Below, in pieces: positions 38,280 through 44,869 of a stretch of 49,765 nucleotides of DNA. The notes beneath the pieces are model-generated. The model saw only the letters and a list, made by a program, of their open reading frames with translations, made no database searches and was not told the DNA's origin. The first letter of the stretch is position 1; each line of letters opens with the position of its first letter. Both the position numbers and the translations under genes were made by a program. Origin of the DNA: a virus (Duplodnaviria; Caudoviricetes); IMG/VR virus record IMGVR_UViG_3300032212_000018, positions 1-49,765 of that record. One strand, given 5' to 3'.

Positions 38280-38668
38280 TATTCAACCTCCTCTTGTTCT
38301 TCCTCGTAGCTGTCAAACGCAGATTCTAGCTGCTCCTGTACATCTGCGTACATGCACCAGAATGCTACATGAGTATGTAAAGTATTAAGATCATCAAAAT
38401 CAGAGAAACCACCGATATTATCTTGCATGTAGGTTTCATTATCAGAATGCTTGATCACATCCATGTTATAGCTGTAATAAATAGCCCACTGATGGCCGTC
38501 TATGGTCTCATGCAGTAAGCTGTCGTTGATTAGTTCTTCTGCTTCATTTTTAAAATCTTGTTCGTTATAGTCCATACCACTACATGCTTCTTTTGCTTGT
38601 CCCATAGCCTCCTGGACTAGATCAGCGGCTATGCTGCGTATCTCTGTGTTGTATTCAAATTCATTCAT
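38279..38668 (-). CDS. Ocr-like (T7 gp0.3-like) DNA-mimic anti-restriction protein
   Basis: Highly acidic 129 aa; LHETIDGHQWAIYY resembles the Ocr IH..AD...P.YY segment; acidic tail; first gene after an early promoter. Confidence 0.6.
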   Translation of the reverse strand: MNEFEYNTEIRSIAADLVQEAMGQAKEACSGMDYNEQDFKNEAEELINDSLLHETIDGHQWAIYYSYNMDVIKHSDNETYMQDNIGGFSDFDDLNTLHTHVAFWCMYADVQEQLESAFDSYEEEQEEVE

Positions 38669-38703
38669 TTTCTTAAACCCTCTGCATTTGTTTATATGTG
38701 CCT

Positions 38704-38732
38704 AGCTTATCAGATACTTATATCTTATACAA
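38704..38732 (-). promoter_or_regulatory. sigma70-type early promoter
   Basis: Minus strand TTGTAT-N17-TAAGCT with extended -10 TG. Confidence 0.55.
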
Positions 38733-38926
38733 GCTAATTATACTCAGTTATTACATAATTCTACATCCTTCAAGAAATAACTAACCTTTTTAGCCTGCTT
38801 AGCTTTACCCGTCCTCATGGATAGATTAATAAGGTACTGTACCTGCTTCAGGGCTTTCTTAAGCTCCTGGCGGATTTGTGTTTGTTCGTTCTGTTTAAGC
38901 ACGATATTATCAAATTTGCTCATATC

Positions 38927-39121
38927 TTATCTCCTGTATTGATTGGATGGATGATCTGCTGATATTGTATTGCCAGTACAAGTACAGGAGCCTTTGTACT
39001 CATTACAGTTATTGCACTTACCATTAGTGGCTCCGTAAGAACTCCTATGTGTACCGTTCTCTTTTCTACCGTTTGATACAATATCGTGCGTGTTAGTGAT
39101 CTGTTTATCGAATGTTGACAT
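38927..39121 (-). CDS. Hypothetical Cys-containing protein
   Basis: GAGGAG RBS; CxxC...CxC. Confidence 0.5.
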   Translation of the reverse strand: MSTFDKQITNTHDIVSNGRKENGTHRSSYGATNGKCNNCNEYKGSCTCTGNTISADHPSNQYRR

Positions 39122-39123
39122 AA

Positions 39124-39600
39124 TTACTCCTCAACCCATGTAATAAGGTCATAAATGCCCAGTGTTCTGGCTGTTGCTTCTAGTTCGTCTGTTTTGAGGG
39201 TTGTGGTCTCACCGCCTGATGTATATGTAAGAATAGACCTGCGACGATTTTGTATAAATCCTTGTAGATCGTTTCCATCGTAGTTGATAAAAGCCCATGT
39301 ATTAGCAGCTAACTCGCAAGTCAATGCATGTTCATGGTGACCTACGCCATGTTTGTGATAACCATGTCCTAATTCATGCCATAAGCAGAACTCAGCGTCG
39401 TTATCATGTCCTGAACGATCACCTATAATAATACGATCTGTATTGTTGATCATATCCGCACTCCAGTACCCCGCATTATCAGGGTTCATACAGAACATGA
39501 TTTCAGAGGATATACAACAAGCCTCGTCATAATCAATAATCTCTATATCAGCGTCCTTTGCGTACTGTACAGCTGATGTACTAAATATAGAAGTGTCCAT
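39124..39600 (-). CDS. Zn metallopeptidase (ImmA/IrrE-like)
   Basis: HELGH ... E..AN.WA motif. Confidence 0.65.
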   Translation of the reverse strand: MDTSIFSTSAVQYAKDADIEIIDYDEACCISSEIMFCMNPDNAGYWSADMINNTDRIIIGDRSGHDNDAEFCLWHELGHGYHKHGVGHHEHALTCELAANTWAFINYDGNDLQGFIQNRRRSILTYTSGGETTTLKTDELEATARTLGIYDLITWVEE

Positions 39601-39987
39601 TAATCATCTCTCCTGCCACCCTGATGGGTAGCTGTGTGTAATAATTCAATAACCCCTAGCAGCACCACTATAACAGTGATGACTACAAGGAAGCTGATGC
39701 ACTCTGTGTTAGTCCAGTTCATTGTCAGAACCTTCCAACTCAAGCTGCCTTACCTTCTCTATTAATTCAAGATCCCACTGAAGCATACACTCTGAATCAG
39801 AATGATGACGCTTAGAGTTATCTATAATAAGGTCTATTATGATAGCTTGGTCTGATTTGTTTAGTAGCATTGTCTTATCCTCTGTCTGTTTGTGTAGCTT
39901 TAGCGACTCGACTATCGCCTCGTCCGTATGGTTACAATACGTACTAATAATACACTGATTAGCTGATATTGTATTGATTTATATCAA

Positions 39988-40248
39988 CTATCTATTAACT
40001 ATGTTAAATACCTCTAACTTTACCAGATCAGACTCATCATCTAATATCTGATAAACTACTGTAGCTCGTGCATCGAATGCACAACATGCATCAATCTCTT
40101 GATATTCGTATCCTTCAAGGTTTACAAATACAGCGTAGTGGTCAGGTGCTACCAGTGAGCTGCATATATGCGGCAGATTTGCTTTCATACCCTTGGCCTG
40201 TATTCTTGCGAACTTTAAACGGCCTCTGCATAGATCATGGTTATCCAT
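39988..40248 (-). CDS. Hypothetical early protein
   Basis: Coupled to the upstream ORF. Confidence 0.5.
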   Translation of the reverse strand: MDNHDLCRGRLKFARIQAKGMKANLPHICSSLVAPDHYAVFVNLEGYEYQEIDACCAFDARATVVYQILDDESDLVKLEVFNIVNR

Positions 40249-40418
40249 TACTCACCCACCTTATACAGTTCAATATAGAATCTTACAGCTTCTTTAAGAG
40301 TCCATTTAGATACAGGGAATCTATCATTTGAGTGATTAGTACTCTTGATAACCCATACATCACAATTTTTGTAAGCTGTGACAACTTCGTTATTAACTGT
40401 GAATTTATGTATTCTCAT
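40248..40418 (-). CDS. First leftward early gene, 56 aa (MRIHKFTVNNEVV...)
   Basis: AGGAG RBS; below the ORF-track size cut-off. Confidence 0.55.
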   Translation of the reverse strand: MRIHKFTVNNEVVTAYKNCDVWVIKSTNHSNDRFPVSKWTLKEAVRFYIELYKVGE

Positions 40419-40444
40419 GCTCTTTCTCCTAATCTCTAACTAAC

Positions 40445-40473
40445 AGCTTACAGGGTAATTAACTGAAAGTGAA
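40445..40473 (-). promoter_or_regulatory. sigma70-type early promoter
   Basis: Minus strand TTCACT-N17-TAAGCT; same -10 as the 38704 promoter. Confidence 0.45.
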
Positions 40474-40587
40474 CAAGTGAACTCTAATATAGGTATAAAT
40501 AAACGATACCGTTTGTCTGAAACTATAATCATAAGCTGTTGTTATACAAGGTATTAATAAAATAAATGATTAAAAGCTGTAAAAACA

Positions 40588-40616
40588 TTGAACTTTTCCA
40601 GATATAGATTGTCTAA
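40588..40616 (+). promoter_or_regulatory. sigmaE/AlgU-type promoter (GAACTT-N16-TCTAA)
   Basis: TTGAACTT-TTCCAGATATAGATT-GTCTAA with an upstream A-tract. Confidence 0.6.
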
Positions 40617-40942
40617 TATATAGTTATATTGTTCATGGATAGACGATATAACGCTTACCCATTAGATAAGCTGGTAATAGTATTCTGTAATCAAAGTCAA
40701 AACATAGAACATGGATAGAGTACTAAATATTAATTATCATTACCTGATAAGTATCAGACAGCATGAAAGACTGATAGTTCATTTAGTAAGTACATAAGTA
40801 CAGTTCAATCAGTGTGAGATGTAGATGTAAGTTGTACTGAATGATGATGATTAAATGTATAAATATATGATTGATTGTTTCAGTTAATAACATTCAGATT
40901 AATAATTGATTTAGTTAATGATTACAGATAGTTAGAGTTACC

Positions 40943-40962
40943 TGTGGATAAGCTGTGGATAA
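40943..40962. promoter_or_regulatory. Two tandem perfect DnaA boxes
   Basis: TGTGGATAA (reverse complement of TTATCCACA) at 40943 and 40954. Confidence 0.65.
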
Positions 40963-41214
40963 GTTTAGTAGCTAAGTACATGAATATTACAGTTAACAAA
41001 CATGGTGAATGACCCATTAACACTTCCTTATCACCTAATATACAGATAAATATAAGGTTAAATACATAGAAATAAGCCACGGATAGCCACGACTTGAGTA
41101 TAAACCCACCTAATCCAGGATACATACAGTTTATGGTAGTGTATTAGCAGATTAGAATACAGAAGGGAGGGTGGGGGAAAAGGCTAGGTGAAGTAAAATG
41201 GGGTTAGGTACCTC

Positions 41215-41590
41215 CACAAATTTCTACGGTATTTTACAGAAATATTTTTTATTTTATTTATATAAGGATTTACTTATGAACGTAATAACCTCTGAGGATC
41301 ATTCTGCTGACTTTCACAGGTTTACGCCTTTTTTATGGCCTGGTATAAAGGATACAATACAAGGGTTTAATCCAGACTGTTATACCCAGTACACTGTCAC
41401 AGAAGGGGGGCTGTCTGCCTACATCCCTTGGGCCAGTATTATAGATGCGGTAGAGCAGAACGACTATGACGCTATTCTACCTCTAATCTCAGAAACGTGT
41501 AAAGCCGTACAATCAGAGCGGGTTTTCAACGAATTACTGTATGAACTATGACCAGCACAAATTTCTACAATATTTTATATAAATATTTTA
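41215..41590 (+). repeat. 35-bp imperfect direct repeat (41215-41249 and 41556-41590)
   Basis: CACAAATTTCTAC(gg/aa)TATTTTA(c/t)A(g/t)AAATATTTTT; 31 of 35 positions identical. Confidence 0.85.
41276..41551 (+). CDS. Hypothetical protein (likely start MNVITSED)
   Basis: AAGGA RBS before ATG 41276. Confidence 0.55.
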   Translation: MNVITSEDHSADFHRFTPFLWPGIKDTIQGFNPDCYTQYTVTEGGLSAYIPWASIIDAVEQNDYDAILPLISETCKAVQSERVFNELLYEL

Positions 41591-41637
41591 TAATTTTTTT
41601 TTATTTGTATTTTAGTTAAATCTCATAGGAGAATACC

Positions 41638-41817
41638 ATGGACTACACAACCAGCTGGAAAGACCCCAGAAAGATGACTGAACAAGAGCTACGGAATGAT
41701 TTCTTCGGTTTAGCTTCAGTCAAGCCAGAAGGTTGGACTGTTGATCTCCTGACAGATACAGCTTACTCTCCCCATGACTGGGCTATTAAACGTATTAAAG
41801 ACCAACCTTTCTTTTAG
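41638..41817 (+). CDS. Hypothetical protein, 59 aa (MDYTTSWKDP...)
   Basis: AGGAG RBS. Confidence 0.55.
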   Translation: MDYTTSWKDPRKMTEQELRNDFFGLASVKPEGWTVDLLTDTAYSPHDWAIKRIKDQPFF

Positions 41818-41826
41818 GGGTTTAGT

Positions 41827-42027
41827 ATGGACGAATACGATGATAACGAGCACATCCTAGGGTACCACCTCCAGACAGCTCTTGAGTTAGCTCAGGGGAC
41901 TGATGAGGTCCTGAGTAACCCAGATGTTTCAGCTGATGTAAGGATACGTACAGTCCTCCAGGCAACTAACATCTTCCTGAAGTGTATGGCTGATGAGGGG
42001 TACATCGATTACAAGGTGGAGCAATGA
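41827..42027 (+). CDS. Hypothetical protein
   Basis: AGGGG RBS. Confidence 0.55.
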   Translation: MDEYDDNEHILGYHLQTALELAQGTDEVLSNPDVSADVRIRTVLQATNIFLKCMADEGYIDYKVEQ

Positions 42028-42195
42028 TCTGGTTATTTGTATTATTTTACAGCTCCCCTGTTTTGTACGTAATCCTGCGGGAGCTTTTTATAACCAGAGA
42101 AGCTGACAGGGTACAAGCAATACAACATGCGAAGATGGTAGGTTGGTACGAACAGGCGTACTCTATCCAGAGAGATCAATACAAAAGGATGTTCG

Positions 42196-42375
42196 ATGAT
42201 TAAAAGAGAACCACAAAAGAAAAGCAGTATCCCGTACCAATTAGAGAAACTACGTTGGGACTTAGCGTTCTGCAAAGACCCTGAGAAGAAGATTGAACTA
42301 GAGAGGCAGATACAAGATTATGAGCTTAACACTGAAGAACATCAGCGAATCGCAGAGAACATCCGTAAGTCTTGA
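42196..42375 (+). CDS. Hypothetical protein, 59 aa (MIKREPQKK...)
   Basis: AAGGA RBS. Confidence 0.45.
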   Translation: MIKREPQKKSSIPYQLEKLRWDLAFCKDPEKKIELERQIQDYELNTEEHQRIAENIRKS

Positions 42376-42586
42376 AGCGTGGTTACGCCTCAGCCAAGGG
42401 ACTGATACTGAAACAACAGATCAGGACGCTTATTGGAACCGTCATGGCGGGTCGTACGAGCAGTGCTCGAATGCAGCTACGCTGTACGTTAAACCGAATG
42501 ATCCCTTTAAAGAGGTGTGCCTGAATTTGTACAACCAATATCTTGATGAGTATAAATGACCGTTCGTCTGAAAGATTGAAAAAAGA

Positions 42587-42615
42587 TTGAACTTTTTTAA
42601 GTTCCCGTTGTCAAA
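42587..42615 (+). promoter_or_regulatory. sigmaE/AlgU-type promoter (GAACTT-N16-TCAAA) upstream of the tRNAs and late genes
   Basis: TTGAACTT-TTTTAAGTTCCCGTT-GTCAAA with an upstream A-tract. Confidence 0.65.
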
Positions 42616-42666
42616 GCAAGTATGAAAAGATTAAAACAAGAAGAACTCCCGATACACCCCATAAAA

Positions 42667-42744
42667 CAGGGTGTATTGTCAATCTGGTAGACGGCTCGGT
42701 TTGGAACTGAGAGGCTGTGGGTTCAAATCCCACCACCCTGACCA
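42667..42744 (+). tRNA. tRNA-Pro(TGG)
   Basis: CAGGGTG/CACCCTG acceptor, CTCGG-TTTGGAA-CTGAG anticodon arm, GTGGG-TTCAAAT-CCCAC T arm, encoded ACCA. Confidence 0.9.
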
Positions 42745-42758
42745 ATTCAATCCTATAA

Positions 42759-42834
42759 GCGGATGTATCCCAATTGGCAGAGGAATCGGTTTTAGAAACC
42801 GACCATTAAGAGTTCGAATCTCTACGTCACCCCA
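42759..42834 (+). tRNA. tRNA-Leu(TAG)-like, short variable arm, mismatched acceptor stem (possibly a pseudogene)
   Basis: TCGGT-TTTAGAA-ACCGA arm, AGAG-TTCGAAT-CTCT; the GCGGATG/CGTCACC acceptor has two mismatches. Confidence 0.65.
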
Positions 42835-42850
42835 AATAAGAACAATAAAT

Positions 42851-42923
42851 AAACGAGTGGCCAATAGGTAAGGCAGTTAGACAAACGCGCTAATAAATGA
42901 GGGTTCAAATCCCTCCTCGTTGT
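42851..42923 (+). ncRNA. tRNA-like RNA with a non-canonical 9-nt anticodon loop
   Basis: AACGAG/CTCGTT acceptor, GCC-AATAGGTAA-GGC D arm, GTTAG-ACAAACGCG-CTAAT arm, GAGGG-TTCAAAT-CCCTC T arm; no CCA. Confidence 0.65.
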
Positions 42924-43123
42924 AAAATAGGTACATGGTTATCTACCTCCCCCTCGCTATTGCGTACATTCGGGTTAAAGATAACCTTTTTAGCTACCAC
43001 CGACAAATCTAACAAGGTAGCCTTTTTATTCTGTACATCTCCCAGGAGGTGGTCTTTTGGAAGTAACCTTAGAGGTTTTTAAGCACGGACGATACTAACA
43101 ACGACTCCTACCTAGGAGGTAGT

Positions 43124-43327
43124 ATGTCCGGTATTCTTTTATTTTTTACCCTGTGTGGCAACCCTCAGTACATCGTTATCAGTACACCGACTGAGGTTTT
43201 AGACGGTACTGCTGCTTATATAGCGAAGCATGTACCTCTCAAGAAGTTCAAAGAAATGCTTCAGAACGAGAAATACGGTAAACGAGAGATTAAATTAGAT
43301 CGAATGACTGGAATGATTTGTGCCTAG
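43124..43327 (+). CDS. Small protein with a hydrophobic N-terminus
   Basis: AGGAGG RBS; overlaps the start of the terminase small subunit gene. Confidence 0.55.
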   Translation: MSGILLFFTLCGNPQYIVISTPTEVLDGTAAYIAKHVPLKKFKEMLQNEKYGKREIKLDRMTGMICA

Positions 43328-44039
43328 AAAGATAAGAGCAAAAAAAGTACAACAAGCCGAGCAAGAGGAAAAGGCTCGTAAACGCGCTGAAGAGAAAGCC
43401 GCGGCTGAGGCACAGGGTTTAGAGTGGGTTGAGCCGAAGTTAGGTAGGCCCCCGATTGACGATGATATCCAAACCTTCGTTAAACACTCAAAAGAAGTCC
43501 TGGATATCCTTGAACACGCTCAGGACGTTAAAATAGAGCATCCTGACTTCTACAAAACGAACAGGAATATCAAGACAGCTGATAAGTTCATAGCTGTCAC
43601 AGCTTATCTTGTGTTCGGTAACTCCCGCCTCGCTTCTAAGTACATGGGTGGTAGAGTCAAAGCAGGGACTATACGTAAGTGGAAGCATGACGATACGTGG
43701 TACCCTGAAGTTGAACAAGCGATTAAGAAGTCCCAGGGTTGGAAATGGGATCATAAAGCAACCACAATCATCGATAAAGCCTCTGATGCTATTCTTGAGC
43801 GATTAGAGCTAGGTGATGAGATTATTACAGCTAAAGGTGAGGTTATGCACCGCGCTGTGAGTGCTAAAGACGCAGCGAGTGTAATGACTCAGACGTTCAA
43901 CACCAGAGCATTACAACGGGGTGATCCTACATCTCGTTCAGAGAAGTCCTCTAGTTCAGATGACAGATTAAAGCGTTTAGAGGAAAAATTTAGATCCTTC
44001 GGCGCTGACGCTAAGTTAATTGAAGGTGAGACAGAATAA
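43320..44039 (+). CDS. Terminase small subunit (probable)
   Basis: HTH-like TIRKWK...W segment, DRLE.GD-type motif, upstream of the large subunit. Confidence 0.65.
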   Translation: MPRKIRAKKVQQAEQEEKARKRAEEKAAAEAQGLEWVEPKLGRPPIDDDIQTFVKHSKEVLDILEHAQDVKIEHPDFYKTNRNIKTADKFIAVTAYLVFGNSRLASKYMGGRVKAGTIRKWKHDDTWYPEVEQAIKKSQGWKWDHKATTIIDKASDAILERLELGDEIITAKGEVMHRAVSAKDAASVMTQTFNTRALQRGDPTSRSEKSSSSDDRLKRLEEKFRSFGADAKLIEGETE

Positions 44040-44221
44040 TGCCAAAGAGTAAATACAACAAAAAGCCAAAGCCACTAGAGTCAGAAGAGTTAGGTACAGG
44101 CATGGCTTCCAAAGCTGGTGAGGCTTTGTCAAGGAAGCGTAAGTCACGGATGGAGCAGATCGAGTCTCAGACGACTGGTCGTAGGCGTAGACGCGAACAG
44201 CAGCGGAAGGATGAGCAATAA
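44039..44221 (+). CDS. Small basic protein
   Basis: Lys/Arg-rich, translationally coupled. Confidence 0.5.
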   Translation: MPKSKYNKKPKPLESEELGTGMASKAGEALSRKRKSRMEQIESQTTGRRRRREQQRKDEQ

Positions 44222-44287
44222 CTAAAGAATTACGGGAGAAAGGGCCGCACCCTGAGTATCCCACCTATTTACCCGTGCGGAGGGTGT

Positions 44288-44869
44288 ATGAAGAAGTGTA
44301 GCAAGTGTAAGGAAGAGCAACCTGCATCTGAGTTCAGAAAGGATAAGTATCGTCCAGATGGATTAACAGTTCAATGTAAGTCTTGCCATCGGGAATATGA
44401 AGCACGTACTCGCACAGAGCGTTTAAAACGTGGTAAAAAGTGGAGAGATGCTAATAAGGATAAAATAAAGGTCAAAACAGATCTTTGGTATCAAGAAAAC
44501 AAAGAACGGAAAACAGCAACTCAGAACGCGTGGCGTGAAGCTAATATAGAACGTGATCGTAATAATAAAAGTAAGTATTATAAAAATAATAAAGCTAAAA
44601 TGGATGCAAGAAGCCCTAGAAGACAGACGTTAAAACATAACGCCACCCCTAAATGGGCTGACAAGGAGTTGATTGAGTCTTATTATATAATGGCGAGGTA
44701 TCTTGAAAAACAAACCGGTTCTAAAATTCACGTAGATCATCAGATACCCTTAAATAATCCTTTAGTGTGTGGCCTTCATACACAAGAAAACCTTGAACTT
44801 CTCTTTGCAAAAGATAATTTAAGTAAAGGTAACAAATTTGACCCAAACAAGTACGTCCATACAATTTGA
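44288..44869 (+). CDS. HNH homing endonuclease (paralogue of 17973..18515)
   Basis: KKCSKC...CKSC, ATPKWA, HVDH.IPL.NPLVCGLH..ENL.L....DN..KGN. Confidence 0.85.
   Translation: MKKCSKCKEEQPASEFRKDKYRPDGLTVQCKSCHREYEARTRTERLKRGKKWRDANKDKIKVKTDLWYQENKERKTATQNAWREANIERDRNNKSKYYKNNKAKMDARSPRRQTLKHNATPKWADKELIESYYIMARYLEKQTGSKIHVDHQIPLNNPLVCGLHTQENLELLFAKDNLSKGNKFDPNKYVHTI

Noticed and set aside
40440-41200. CRISPR array or attachment site in the long non-coding region
   Set aside because: No regularly spaced repeats and no integrase.
42671-43082. ORFs 42671..42871, 42679..42864 and 42897..43082
   Set aside because: They overlap the tRNAs and structured RNA and lack an RBS.
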